From Candidatus Aldehydirespiratoraceae bacterium (lineage in GTDB: Bacteria; Actinomycetota; Acidimicrobiia; Acidimicrobiales; Aldehydirespiratoraceae): 64,000 nucleotides of DNA. How positions within the stretch are numbered: the stretch's first letter is position 1; the number at the start of each line of letters is the position of its first letter. The position numbers and the translations under genes were made by a program. Positions 28,237 to 37,958 of this stretch are shown piece by piece. The notes beneath the pieces are model-generated. The model worked only from the letters and a program-made list of their open reading frames with translations, did no database searches and was not told where the DNA came from. The stretch is from the NCBI GenBank assembly GCA_047639555.1, contig JBLIOE010000001.1, positions 45,466 through 109,465 on the forward strand. The letters run 5' to 3'.

Positions 28237-30294
28237 TCAGTACTCAAGCCACGTTCCCTGTAGCGGCACCTGACCAACTCCGGGGACCGTGTAGTCACAC
28301 ACTCCTTCGGTGAAGATCGACAGCAACCGGTCCCATTGGGCGTCGGTGAAGTCCGCCGCGTAGTCCGCCGCGTCGGGGGCCTTGGTGGCGCACTTAAGAA
28401 TGTCATTTACAAGATCTTGGCCGGCGGCGGTTCGGGGGTCACCGAAGTACGGGTACGCCTCGGCGCAGGGCTGGCCAGCATCGAAGACATCGTCGCCAAC
28501 GATGCGAACACCATCCACGATGCAGTCGTCGGCCACACCGGCGGGTCGCTCGCCTGTGGTTGCCCACTCGGCGAGCAGATCAGCGATATCGGTCGGCGAA
28601 GGCACGGACCCTTCGCCTTCATCAGCGCTCCCTCCACCGTCGTCGTCGCCACCACCCACAAGCGTCAAGAGCCCGGAGCCGTTGCGGGTCCAGATCACCC
28701 GGTTTCCATGTGGCGTTTCGTCATCACCCGACATTCGAGCACGGATGGTGAAGAGGCGGAATCGGTCGTGAATGTCGTAACCGAGGTCGCTGTAGAGGTC
28801 GACGTCGACGATTGGAATATCGAGCACGCCCGAGTCGCCCCGCAACACTCGGCCGGTGGCGTAGGCAAGTTCAATCAGGTCGGCATCGGCCACCGTTCGT
28901 TCCTCGACGATGTTGCCGTCGAGGTCATAGCCACCAACCGACTCGTTGAGATCCAGGAATTGGTCGACGGTGATCACGCCATTGTTCAGCGCATTCCGCC
29001 CGTACTCAACGCCCGCGTTGTCGAGCGGACGACGCCCAAACCCGTTCTCGTCGACGCCGAAGAGGTTCGATGCGGAGTCTTGAAGCGTGCAGCGAATCCC
29101 GGTGGGGTTGGTGTCGGCGTTGTAGATCTCCTCGACGGGGACGGCACCGTCGCAACCGCGATCGGCGTAGACGCTGGGGAGGAACAGGGCGGCCCAGGCC
29201 CGACAGAACTGCACGGAGCCATGACCGTTGATCGCGAGCCGTTGCTCGGATGTGAACGCCTCGCCCGCGACAGAGTCGTAGTAGGCGAGCAACAGACCGC
29301 AGTCGGTGACGCCGCCAGAGATCGACGCGCTGTCCGGGAAGCTCACGCTGGCATGAACGGCGTCGAGCAAACCCGGGTAGTTCTGGACGATCGAATACTG
29401 TTGGATCGCGCCACCCGAGCCACCGCGCCCGATCGTCAGGTTGATTGGACCAACCGCTTCGTTGACCCGTTCTTGCGTCATCATCAGCGTCTCCGCTGAC
29501 AGCACGTCGTTGCAATGCGCCTGGAAGACGTTGAACGTGGATGTCGCCACGACGTAACCGGCCGCCAGCGCACCCTCGTCAAGCACCGTCCCACCGGCGA
29601 CAATCCCGGGCGACTGAGTGTGGCCGTTGCCGCAACCACCTCCGAATGTGTAAATCAGGTCTTTTCCCGGCGGGATCGGCTCGGCGCCATACGAGGGGTC
29701 GGCGACCGCGATCGAGTAGATCCCTCGATTGATCGTGCCCATCTCAAGGCGAACCACCGTCGAACCCGCAGGGGCGTCGTCGGTCTCAACGAACCCGTCC
29801 TCACCGATGTAGCCGTAACGAACGACCATCTCAGCTGAGCAATTGTCATCTCCGGTCGGCGTGAGTCCGAACGTGTCCAGCGCGCAGAAGAGCTTGTCCT
29901 GGTGCGGCCCGGAGAAGACCGGACCGGTGATCGGGTAGTTGACGACGTCGGTACTCGTTCCGCCGACGGCAATTGTGGAGGCTCCATCGGCCAGGCCAGC
30001 CACGAGGTACACGCCATCTCCTCGAGACTCGAACGAGAGGGCAGCACCGTCGACGGTGAACGACGGCTCCTCACCCGAATAACGAACGAGCACGTCGCCG
30101 CCGGTCACATACTCAGCACGACCAATGACCTCGAACACCGGCGCAGGGCCGTCGGGTTCGATCGGCTCCGAATCGGACGCGGCGTCGTCTGCTGGACCAT
30201 CGGTCGGCGGATCGGGCTCGCTCGAAGTGTCATCGCTGCACGCGGCGGCGAGCAGTGCGAGCGGAAGAAGGCAGAGAGAAAAACGGCGGAACAT
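28237..30294 (-). CDS. DUF6351 / tannase-like alpha/beta hydrolase lipoprotein
   Basis: Lipobox LAAAC, GPVFSGPH, FGGGCG, nucleophile elbow GGSGG, YPGLLD. Confidence 0.75.
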   Translation of the reverse strand: MFRRFSLCLLPLALLAAACSDDTSSEPDPPTDGPADDAASDSEPIEPDGPAPVFEVIGRAEYVTGGDVLVRYSGEEPSFTVDGAALSFESRGDGVYLVAGLADGASTIAVGGTSTDVVNYPITGPVFSGPHQDKLFCALDTFGLTPTGDDNCSAEMVVRYGYIGEDGFVETDDAPAGSTVVRLEMGTINRGIYSIAVADPSYGAEPIPPGKDLIYTFGGGCGNGHTQSPGIVAGGTVLDEGALAAGYVVATSTFNVFQAHCNDVLSAETLMMTQERVNEAVGPINLTIGRGGSGGAIQQYSIVQNYPGLLDAVHASVSFPDSASISGGVTDCGLLLAYYDSVAGEAFTSEQRLAINGHGSVQFCRAWAALFLPSVYADRGCDGAVPVEEIYNADTNPTGIRCTLQDSASNLFGVDENGFGRRPLDNAGVEYGRNALNNGVITVDQFLDLNESVGGYDLDGNIVEERTVADADLIELAYATGRVLRGDSGVLDIPIVDVDLYSDLGYDIHDRFRLFTIRARMSGDDETPHGNRVIWTRNGSGLLTLVGGGDDDGGGSADEGEGSVPSPTDIADLLAEWATTGERPAGVADDCIVDGVRIVGDDVFDAGQPCAEAYPYFGDPRTAAGQDLVNDILKCATKAPDAADYAADFTDAQWDRLLSIFTEGVCDYTVPGVGQVPLQGTWLEY

Positions 30295-30338
30295 GGCCCC
30301 CGCGCTAGTCGCATGCGGGACCGAGGGCAAATGGCAAG

Positions 30339-31160
30339 TTAGCGGTCGAGCAGACCAAGGTCCTTCACGAGTTCTTGGGCGTGAACGATGCCACCCCGGA
30401 ACCGGTCCGCACCGGGATCGGTGCACACCCAGGCGACGGCGGCGCCGATCGCTTGCGGTGTGCCCGCAGTGAAGTTGCCTTCGTACTGTTTGGCCCGGCC
30501 TGCGGCCACTTGTCGCTCGGTGGGGACATGACCGGGATCGATCGAGAACGCCCGCAGGCCGTCGTCCGCGAACTCAACCTGAAGCATTGGCGCAACCCGA
30601 GCGAAAGCTGCTTTTGTCATCGCGTAACCCATGCCCCAACCGCCCGAACCGATCCGATTCTTGGGGGTCGCGTAGGCGGTGGCCGAGATCATGTTGATTA
30701 CTGTGCCGCCTTCTCCTTCGAGCAAGGACGGAATCGCGGCGCGGGTGAGCCCGAGTTGGGCGAAAAGATTTCCCTCGAAGAGACTGGTGAGCATCTCATC
30801 ATCAAGGTCGGCGAACTCCACCATGGCGCCGGGTCCCTGGTAGATCGCGTTGTTCACCAGCACATCAAGCCGGCCGAACGATTCCAACGTCTCGTCAAGG
30901 GCGTTCGTTACTGACGCGCGGTCCAAGACGTCCATGTAGACCGAGGTCACACGTCCACCTCGCTCCACGATCGCGGCCGCAGTGGTATCGAGTCCGCCGG
31001 GCACAACGATCGAGTCGTCGCCTTCGAGCCGGCGGTCACCGTCGACCATCGTACGGGCCGTGATCGCAACGTCGTAGCCGGCTCCGGCCAGCGCGATGGC
31101 GATCGCCTTGCCGAGGCCTCGGCTCGCGCCGGTTACCAATGCAACGGGCCGGGCACTCAT
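30339..31160 (-). CDS. SDR family oxidoreductase
   Basis: TGASRGLG, LVNNA, YAMTK. Confidence 0.92.
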   Translation of the reverse strand: MSARPVALVTGASRGLGKAIAIALAGAGYDVAITARTMVDGDRRLEGDDSIVVPGGLDTTAAAIVERGGRVTSVYMDVLDRASVTNALDETLESFGRLDVLVNNAIYQGPGAMVEFADLDDEMLTSLFEGNLFAQLGLTRAAIPSLLEGEGGTVINMISATAYATPKNRIGSGGWGMGYAMTKAAFARVAPMLQVEFADDGLRAFSIDPGHVPTERQVAAGRAKQYEGNFTAGTPQAIGAAVAWVCTDPGADRFRGGIVHAQELVKDLGLLDR

Positions 31161-31175
31161 CGCCAGATCACAGGC

Positions 31176-32411
31176 TCAAACATCGGCGCGGTCTCCCGGC
31201 GCCTTGTGGAGCTCGAACGCGGCGTGCAGCGCGACGACGGCGTCTTCGGCCTGCGACTCACGCACGACACAGGAGATTCGAATCGCCGATGTAGAGATCA
31301 TCTCAATATTGATGTCGTTAGCCGCCATCGTTTCGAACATCGTTGCGGCAACACCAGGGTTGGTCTGCATACCCGCACCCACGAGGCTGACGCGGGCAAT
31401 GTCGTTGTCGGTGATGACCGCTTCGTAGCCCACCTCATCGCTGATCGAGGAGACGGCGGTGCCGGCGGTGTCAACCTGTTCGTGCGGAAGCGTGAAGCTG
31501 ATGTCGGTGCGACCCTCGGCCGACACGTTCTGCACGATCATGTCGACGTTCACTTCGGCGTCGGCCAGAGTGCGGAACAGTCGAGCGGCGACGCCCGGCC
31601 GGTCATTCACGCCGGAGACGGTCATCTTCGCCTCTGACGTGTCGTGGGTGACTGCCGAAATAATGGCTTGTTCCATGGAAGTCTCCTCGGTAACCCAGGT
31701 GCCCGGGACCCACGAGAAGGCGCTGCGAACGTGCAACGTCACCCCATGAGAGCGAGCGAACTCAACCGACCGCATGGCCGGCTTCGGACAACCGGTTGCG
31801 GTCATCTCAAGTAGTTCGTCGAATGAAACGTGGTCCATCTTGCGCGCATTGGCCACGACCCGAGGGTCGGTGGTGAAGACGCCAGGGACATCGGTGTAGA
31901 GCTCACACGCGTCGGCACCCAGCGCATGGGCGAGAGCAACGGCGGTGGTGTCAGACCCGCCCCGCCCGAAGAAGGTGACGTCGTTCTCGGTGGAGACGCC
32001 TTGAGACCCGCCGACCACGGGAACCTTGCCCGCCGCGAGCGCCTCGCGAATCCGGTACGGATTAACCTCAAGGATCTTCGCGTTTCGGTGCGTCGCGTCG
32101 GTGAGAAAGCCGGCCTGACTACCAGTGAATGAGGCGCTTTCGATGCCCTTGTCGTGAAGCGCCATCGAGACGAGGGCGCACGCCTTGCGTTCGCCGCCGG
32201 TGATCAACATGTCCATCTCGCGACCAGGTTTGCTGGTCGACACTCGATCCGCCATCGCCAGCAGTTCGTCGGTCTCTTTGCCCATCGCCGAAACGACAAG
32301 CACCACTTGGTCACCACGCTTGCGACAACGGGCGACATGATCAGCGACTTCGCGGATGCGGTCGGGGTCACCGACAGAGGTACCGCCGAACTTCTGAACG
32401 TACAGAGCCAC
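31176..32411 (-). CDS. lysC: Aspartate kinase
   Basis: VQKFGGTSV, VVSAMG, GRGGSDTTA, two ACT domains. Confidence 0.97.
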   Translation of the reverse strand: MALYVQKFGGTSVGDPDRIREVADHVARCRKRGDQVVLVVSAMGKETDELLAMADRVSTSKPGREMDMLITGGERKACALVSMALHDKGIESASFTGSQAGFLTDATHRNAKILEVNPYRIREALAAGKVPVVGGSQGVSTENDVTFFGRGGSDTTAVALAHALGADACELYTDVPGVFTTDPRVVANARKMDHVSFDELLEMTATGCPKPAMRSVEFARSHGVTLHVRSAFSWVPGTWVTEETSMEQAIISAVTHDTSEAKMTVSGVNDRPGVAARLFRTLADAEVNVDMIVQNVSAEGRTDISFTLPHEQVDTAGTAVSSISDEVGYEAVITDNDIARVSLVGAGMQTNPGVAATMFETMAANDINIEMISTSAIRISCVVRESQAEDAVVALHAAFELHKAPGDRADV

Positions 32412-32420
32412 GCCAAAAGG

Positions 32421-32960
32421 TTAGCGGCCGCGACCGCCACTCAAGCCCGACTTCTCGATGAAGAGTTCTACGCTCCACGAGCCATCGGCCCGCCGTCCCG
32501 TCGCGAAAGAGCGGGCCGCGTGGGTGATGTCGGTGTCCGCAGGCATGTCGAGGAGCAACGCCAACCGCTTTGCGTCACCGAGAAGAACCACATGAGCCGT
32601 ACGAGCGTCGACTCTTGAAGCTTCGAGCGCATCCGCCAATCCTCGCGGCACGTGAGTGACCTCAACGCCGGGCAACCACTCCGACTCTTGTTGCCAGGTT
32701 GGCTTGTTGTGCCGATCGCGAAGCCCGGCCTGGCGAAGGCGTACGACGAGTTCTCGACTCCCGATCGCAAGCGCGCCAGCACCCAGCGCCCGATCGCGAT
32801 CGACCGTGTGAATGTCGTAGTGATCGCCCTGAAATCCGAGCCGTCGTTTGCCAAGCGCACGGGCAAATTCGTGCAATTCTTCATAGCTTTGATCGCTTAC
32901 GAGGTGCGCCCACTGATGCCCGCGCCACACCCAACGCGCCTCGTCCACCAGAACAGCCAT
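32421..32960 (-). CDS. DUF4031 domain protein
   Basis: MAVLVD..WAHLVSD..EELHEFA..FQGDHYDI. Confidence 0.85.
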   Translation of the reverse strand: MAVLVDEARWVWRGHQWAHLVSDQSYEELHEFARALGKRRLGFQGDHYDIHTVDRDRALGAGALAIGSRELVVRLRQAGLRDRHNKPTWQQESEWLPGVEVTHVPRGLADALEASRVDARTAHVVLLGDAKRLALLLDMPADTDITHAARSFATGRRADGSWSVELFIEKSGLSGGRGR

Positions 32961-33052
32961 CGCCCACAATGGGTCGTGTCGGCCCCCGAGGCAAGGACCG
33001 TCGTCAGGGGCCGCGTACCCGCCGACGATCAGGTCCGTGAAATACTCATCAT

Positions 33053-33442
33053 GTGGTCGAGACCGATGCGAGCGAGATCCTCCTGCGGGTTCCTGCTCGC
33101 GCGCCCTACGCGCGGATCGTCCGAGTCGCAGCAGCCGCACTTGCCCTTCGTCAGGGCATGGGCTTCGGTGAGATCGACGACCTTCGCCTGGCAATCGACG
33201 AGGCAATGATCGCGCTACTCGACGGCCTCGGCGAGGCGGTCGAATCTGACATCGATGTCGTGTTCCGAGTGGCCGATGGCCAATTCGAACTCGAAGCGAC
33301 ACGAAGCGCCGAAGGCCACATCAGCGCCGCGGCGGTACACCGGTTCGACGCTATGGCGAGCGGACTCGTGGATGACTACGACATCGACCCGGGCCACGGC
33401 TGGGTGCGACTTCGGAAAGCCCCGGCCTCCGAAGACGAGTAG
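33053..33442 (+). CDS. RsbW-like anti-sigma factor / HATPase-like protein
   Basis: LRVPA..IVR..IDDLRLAIDEA, GLVDD..VRLRK. Confidence 0.7.
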   Translation: MVETDASEILLRVPARAPYARIVRVAAAALALRQGMGFGEIDDLRLAIDEAMIALLDGLGEAVESDIDVVFRVADGQFELEATRSAEGHISAAAVHRFDAMASGLVDDYDIDPGHGWVRLRKAPASEDE

Positions 33443-33475
33443 CCCAAACTTCCGACTCGCCGGTGCTGGCGGTGT

Positions 33476-33913
33476 TCAGCGTCCGCTGCTGCCGAACCCG
33501 GTCTCGCCTCGTTCGGTGTCGTCGAGCACCGCCACTTCCACGAAGTCGACCGGGGCGACGGCTTGCACCACCAGTTGGGCGATTCGCTCGCCTCGTTCAA
33601 TCTCGAACGGCGTGGTCGGGTCAAGGTTGATGAGGCACACCTTGAGCTCACCGCGGTAGCCACTGTCGACCAAACCGGGCGTGTTCAAGACCGTGACGCC
33701 GTGCTTGACCGCCAACCCGCTGCGCGGTTGCACAAAGCCCGCATAGCCGTCGGGCAGCGCAATGGCGATGCCGGTCGGCACGAGCGCACGCCCGCCGGCG
33801 GGCGGCAATGTGACGGCTTCGCGCGCCCGGAGATCGATGCCCGCGTCGCCGGCCTTGGCGTAGCCCGGGAGCGGAAGGTCAGGGTCGAGACGGAGGACGG
33901 GAAGTTCGATCAC
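33476..33913 (-). CDS. dut: dUTP diphosphatase
   Basis: AGIDL, PRSGLA, GLVDSGYRGE, RIAQL, RGETGFGSSG. Confidence 0.97.
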   Translation of the reverse strand: MIELPVLRLDPDLPLPGYAKAGDAGIDLRAREAVTLPPAGGRALVPTGIAIALPDGYAGFVQPRSGLAVKHGVTVLNTPGLVDSGYRGELKVCLINLDPTTPFEIERGERIAQLVVQAVAPVDFVEVAVLDDTERGETGFGSSGR

Positions 33914-33957
33914 GAGCAGACCCTAGCGACCGGCCGCACGGCGTCTACCCTGGCCCG

Positions 33958-34506
33958 ATGCTCGCCTGGATGGACCTTGAGATGACGGGGCTCGACCCCG
34001 CCCGACACGTGATCGTCGAGATCGCCACGATCCTGACGGACGACAATCTCGAATTTGTTGCCGAGGGGCCAGACCTCATCGTGCACGCCACCGAAGCCGA
34101 ACTGGCCGAGATGGACGAGTTCGTCGCCAACATGCACACCCGCAGCGGCCTTCTCGAAGAGATCCGGGCATCAACGGTGAGCCTCGAAGAAGCCGGCGCA
34201 GCGACGCTGGCCTTCCTCAAGGAGCACATCCCTGAAGAACGAAGCGTGCCGTTGTGCGGCAACTCGATCGGCACGGACCGTCGCTTTCTGGCCACACAAC
34301 TCCCCGAGATCGAGGAATACCTTCACTACCGTTCCATTGATGTCTCAACGCTGAAAGAGCTCGCCCGACGCTGGCATCCAGAGGCGATGAACTCGGCCCC
34401 GAAGAAGGCGGGAGGCCATCGAGCCCTCGATGACATCCGCGAGAGCCTGGATGAACTTCGTCACTATCGAGCGGCCCTTTTCGTGAGTGAGGCAAACGGC
34501 CAATAG
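33958..34506 (+). CDS. orn: Oligoribonuclease
   Basis: WMDLEMTGL, CGNSIGTDRRFL, HRALDDIRES. Confidence 0.97.
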   Translation: MLAWMDLEMTGLDPARHVIVEIATILTDDNLEFVAEGPDLIVHATEAELAEMDEFVANMHTRSGLLEEIRASTVSLEEAGAATLAFLKEHIPEERSVPLCGNSIGTDRRFLATQLPEIEEYLHYRSIDVSTLKELARRWHPEAMNSAPKKAGGHRALDDIRESLDELRHYRAALFVSEANGQ

Positions 34507-34515
34507 GGTGCCCGG

Positions 34516-35595
34516 GTGTCGGAACCCGTGTATACGAAACAAGAACAAGAGCCCGCGTCAGAAGATGTGATCGAGGTAGCACCCGGGGTTCTCCGGATGC
34601 AGCTCCCGATTTCGATGCCGGGCCTCGGCCACGTCAACACCTACGCCCTGGAAGACGACCGGGGCTTCGCGTTGGTCGACCCGGGGCTCCCGGGGCCCGA
34701 GTCGTGGGAAGCGCTGATGCAGCGCCTCGCCACCGCTGGCATTCCGCTCAAACGGGTCCACACCACGATCGTCACCCACTCGCACCCCGACCACTTCGGC
34801 GGCGCCGACCAGCTCGCCGAAGAGGCCGGCGCCGACATTCTCACCCATGAGTCGTTCCGTTCACTCGTGACCGAGACCAACGACGACATCGACATGGATC
34901 TCCTCGAAGCAAACGAGGAAGAGCTCGTCGAGATCTGGAAGCGTCGCTTCGCGTCGTTCGAACCAACCCCGTGGGGCACCACCCGCGAGCCGCCACCCGA
35001 CGATGCGATCCGTCGCTGGATCGTGATGGGCGAGGGTGGCCACAAACGTTTTCGCGGGCCCGACCCCACCATTCGTGTTGCCGACAACGAGGTCGTCCGC
35101 CTCGCGAATCGTGACTGGTTCGCCGTGCACACACCCGGCCACACCATGGATCACCTCTGCCTTTTCGATCCCGAAGAGGGCGTGCTCCTGGCCGGCGACC
35201 ATGTGCTTCCCACCATCACGCCGCACATCGCCGGCACGTCCGACGTGGAAGACCCGCTCGCGACATTCTTTGCGTCGCTCGACAAAGTCGCCGCGCTCGA
35301 TGGCCTCACCTGCGCCCTTCCCGCTCACGGACACCCGTTCGAGGACCTCAGCGGACGCTGCACGCAAATCCGCCACCACCACGACGACCGCCTCCAGTTG
35401 CTCCGCGATGCCGCCGACGCCAACGTCGACGCGCCGGTCCAAGCGTGGATGAAGGTGCTGTTCAAGGAACGGTCATGGGGCGAGATGGCCGCGAGCGAGA
35501 CCTACGCCCATCTCGAGCATCTTCGAGTAATCGGCGAAGCGTCGACTCGACGAGACGACAACGGCCACGTTCGTTTCAGTTTGCCAACGGAGTAA
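34516..35595 (+). CDS. MBL-fold metallo-hydrolase
   Basis: THSHPDHFG, TPGHT, GDHVLP, PAHG. Confidence 0.92.
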   Translation: MSEPVYTKQEQEPASEDVIEVAPGVLRMQLPISMPGLGHVNTYALEDDRGFALVDPGLPGPESWEALMQRLATAGIPLKRVHTTIVTHSHPDHFGGADQLAEEAGADILTHESFRSLVTETNDDIDMDLLEANEEELVEIWKRRFASFEPTPWGTTREPPPDDAIRRWIVMGEGGHKRFRGPDPTIRVADNEVVRLANRDWFAVHTPGHTMDHLCLFDPEEGVLLAGDHVLPTITPHIAGTSDVEDPLATFFASLDKVAALDGLTCALPAHGHPFEDLSGRCTQIRHHHDDRLQLLRDAADANVDAPVQAWMKVLFKERSWGEMAASETYAHLEHLRVIGEASTRRDDNGHVRFSLPTE

Positions 35596-36337
35596 GCGGA
35601 CGAACTCGGGCCACGCTGCCGGCAACACCATCGGTGGTGAGCCACGTATCGATCCCGCCATCGGCCTGCTGCCACTTCAGACGAACATCAGTGCCCCGTT
35701 CGATCCCGGGACCATGCTCAAGCTCAGCTCGAACCGGGTGGGTGGCGATGCCCTCGCGATCCATCGCCTCTTCGACGGCCACCCACTGAGCGGCGTTGTT
35801 GACGTGAGCGAGAACGTCGAGATCGCCAAAGCGCACCGTCCACGGCTCATCGTTGACGTTGTCCGGCCAACGAGACGGAAGCGTGGTGCGGGCGGAGATC
35901 TGGCGATCGCCCGCTGACTCGCCCCAGATCGTGAAGAAGTCGGTTGGAAGCTTCGCGGGGCGGCCGGTCTCGCCATTGACGAACACCCACACCGTTGACG
36001 CTTCGATTTTGGCACCGCGATCGCCCCGTATCTCCGTGCGCCGCTCGGCCCAGCGGGCACCGATGGCGCTGCACCATGTGGTGAGTTCGATCCATTCTTC
36101 GAACATCGGCGGCTGGTGAACCTCGAGCATCGTGCGCCGCACCACCCAATTCATCGGATCGGAAAGCTTGCTGTCGGCCGAGTCGTCGCGGGCGGCATCT
36201 TGAAGATGGCGGACGAGCGCGTCAAGGCGACAACGGCTGGTGGGGTCGACATCGGCGAGGCGAATTCGGCGACCCATCGTGAAGATTCGGCCCGCCTCGG
36301 GGCGGGGAGTGATCTCTACAGCTCCGGGTTCAGCCAT
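35576..36337 (-). CDS. Acyl-ACP thioesterase family protein
   Basis: WVVRR, DLDVLAHVNNA; ATG 36337 follows TACCGT. Confidence 0.88.
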   Translation of the reverse strand: MAEPGAVEITPRPEAGRIFTMGRRIRLADVDPTSRCRLDALVRHLQDAARDDSADSKLSDPMNWVVRRTMLEVHQPPMFEEWIELTTWCSAIGARWAERRTEIRGDRGAKIEASTVWVFVNGETGRPAKLPTDFFTIWGESAGDRQISARTTLPSRWPDNVNDEPWTVRFGDLDVLAHVNNAAQWVAVEEAMDREGIATHPVRAELEHGPGIERGTDVRLKWQQADGGIDTWLTTDGVAGSVARVRPLTPLAN

Positions 36338-36401
36338 GTCGCGAACGGTATCTCTTGTGCCCCAGAACCGCCGTATCGCACCGAAAACGGCAGGTTCTGG
36401 G

Positions 36402-36449
36402 GAAATCTCATTTAATTCAGTTGACGTTCGTGGCGAAACCCGCGACCGT
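36402..36449 (+). promoter_or_regulatory. Putative WhiB7-type promoter (AT-rich element, -35, -10)
   Basis: GAAATCTCATTTAATT followed by TTGACG (36421-36426), 17 nt, then GACCGT (36444-36449). Confidence 0.6.
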
Positions 36450-36488
36450 GTCCCCTGTCGGAACGTCCGGCCGCGACCAGGAGTCGAC

Positions 36489-36647
36489 ATGAACAACTTC
36501 ATGTGCAATGAGCATCACACCGGCCTCAACGCCGCCGCTGCTCATGCGCGCGTCGATGTGCGCGCGGCTCTCACCATTTCGACCTCGTGGGCTTTTGCCA
36601 CGAAGCCGTATGGCAACCAGCGGCCCTCCGGCGCTTCTCCTGGGTGA
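36489..36647 (+). CDS. whiB7 leader peptide (uORF, 52 aa)
   Basis: AGGAG RBS then ATG; MNNFMCNEHH...SGASPG; lies between the promoter and a terminator upstream of whiB7. Confidence 0.65.
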   Translation: MNNFMCNEHHTGLNAAAAHARVDVRAALTISTSWAFATKPYGNQRPSGASPG

Positions 36648-36683
36648 CACCAACGTCACCCGCTACACGGGAGAATGCAATGA

Positions 36684-36716
36684 GGCCGCCGGAAATCCGG
36701 CGGTCTTTCTGCTTTT
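36684..36716 (+). terminator. Attenuator terminator in the whiB7 leader
   Basis: GGCCGCCGGA/TCCGGCGGTC stem followed by TTTCTGCTTTT. Confidence 0.75.
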
Positions 36717-36804
36717 CGGGCGCAAGCCATAGAACCGCTCCACCGCAACACCAGACCCAACCAACTACTCATATTCACAAACCAACAGCGAAGGAGACGA
36801 GGTC

Positions 36805-37191
36805 ATGGGACTCCTCGTCAGCACACTCACCGACACACGAGCCGAGGCTCAGATGGACACGTTCACACATTCGACGGATTGGGAGGCCTATGCGGCCTGC
36901 CGCGCCGTCGAGAACGCGGCCGATCTGTTCTTCAGCGAGGACATCGGGGAGATCGCCGCCGCGAAGCGCGTCTGTGCAGAGTGCCCGGTGCTGGCCCAAT
37001 GCCTCGAGGGAGCGCTCGATCGGCGTGAGCCGGTCGGGGTCTGGGGCGGGCAACTGTTCATGAACGGCAAGATGCTCGCCATCAAGCGTCGTCGGGGCCG
37101 GCCGCCCAAGGTGGCTCGTCCAGAGGACCAGATGCCGGTCATTGCGGTCCCCGCCCACCTCATGGCGCAGGCAGAACGCTTGACGGCGTAG
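36805..37191 (+). CDS. whiB7: WhiB7/WblC-like Fe-S transcriptional regulator
   Basis: Four Cys (C..CAECP..C), GVWGG turn, C-terminal AT-hook KRRRGRPPK; AAGGAG RBS. Confidence 0.88.
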   Translation: MGLLVSTLTDTRAEAQMDTFTHSTDWEAYAACRAVENAADLFFSEDIGEIAAAKRVCAECPVLAQCLEGALDRREPVGVWGGQLFMNGKMLAIKRRRGRPPKVARPEDQMPVIAVPAHLMAQAERLTA

Positions 37192-37406
37192 GCGGCAACA
37201 GATGATTCCGGCGTGGTGCTGGAGTAGATGATTTCCCGGGCCCGGGCAACGGCTTATGCGAGCCCCGGCCTTTTCATCGAAATGGCACCGCGCCGGGAAC
37301 GACTGGTGATCAACGGTCGTTGGAAGCACAACGGCGATCGGCGGGTTTCCCCGCTGACCGCTTCTGCTCGGCCGATGCCGGGTAGCGTTTTCGTGGAGCT
37401 TCCAAG

Positions 37407-37958
37407 ATGCCTTTCCCTCGTATAGCTAGTGTGATCATCGCCCTCGCCTTGCTTGGCGCCGCGTGTGGAAACGACACGACCACCGAGCCAGCCACCACCG
37501 CCGATGTCACGACCCCTTCCTCAGAAGCTCCTTCGTCGGACACTCCTTCATCAGACAATGTCTTCGGGATCGCGTACGAAACCTTCGAGGGCGAACCCGC
37601 TCGCCTCGATGACCATCTCGGTACCCCTTTGGTGATCAACTTCTTCGCTCAGTGGTGTGTGAATTGCGTGCAAGAGATGCCCGATTTCCAGGACGTCTCG
37701 CAGGAGTTCGCGGGCGAGGTCGACTTCGTCGGCTTGTCGATCGACAAGGGGGCAGCCGAGGCGCTCGAGTTGATCGACGCAACCGGCGTCACCTACCCCA
37801 CGGGCTGGGATCCAACCGAGGAGATCTACGCTCACTTTCGCGGCCTTTCGATGCCCACCACGGTGTTTGTTGACGCCGACGGCCAGATCCGACGGGTTTG
37901 GTCGGGGGCGCTCGATGCTGATGCGCTGCGCGACAAGATCAATGAGGAGATTCTGTAA
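37407..37958 (+). CDS. TlpA/ResA family thiol-disulfide oxidoreductase lipoprotein
   Basis: Lipobox LGAAC, NFFAQWCVNCVQEMP, MPTTVFV. Confidence 0.9.
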   Translation: MPFPRIASVIIALALLGAACGNDTTTEPATTADVTTPSSEAPSSDTPSSDNVFGIAYETFEGEPARLDDHLGTPLVINFFAQWCVNCVQEMPDFQDVSQEFAGEVDFVGLSIDKGAAEALELIDATGVTYPTGWDPTEEIYAHFRGLSMPTTVFVDADGQIRRVWSGALDADALRDKINEEIL

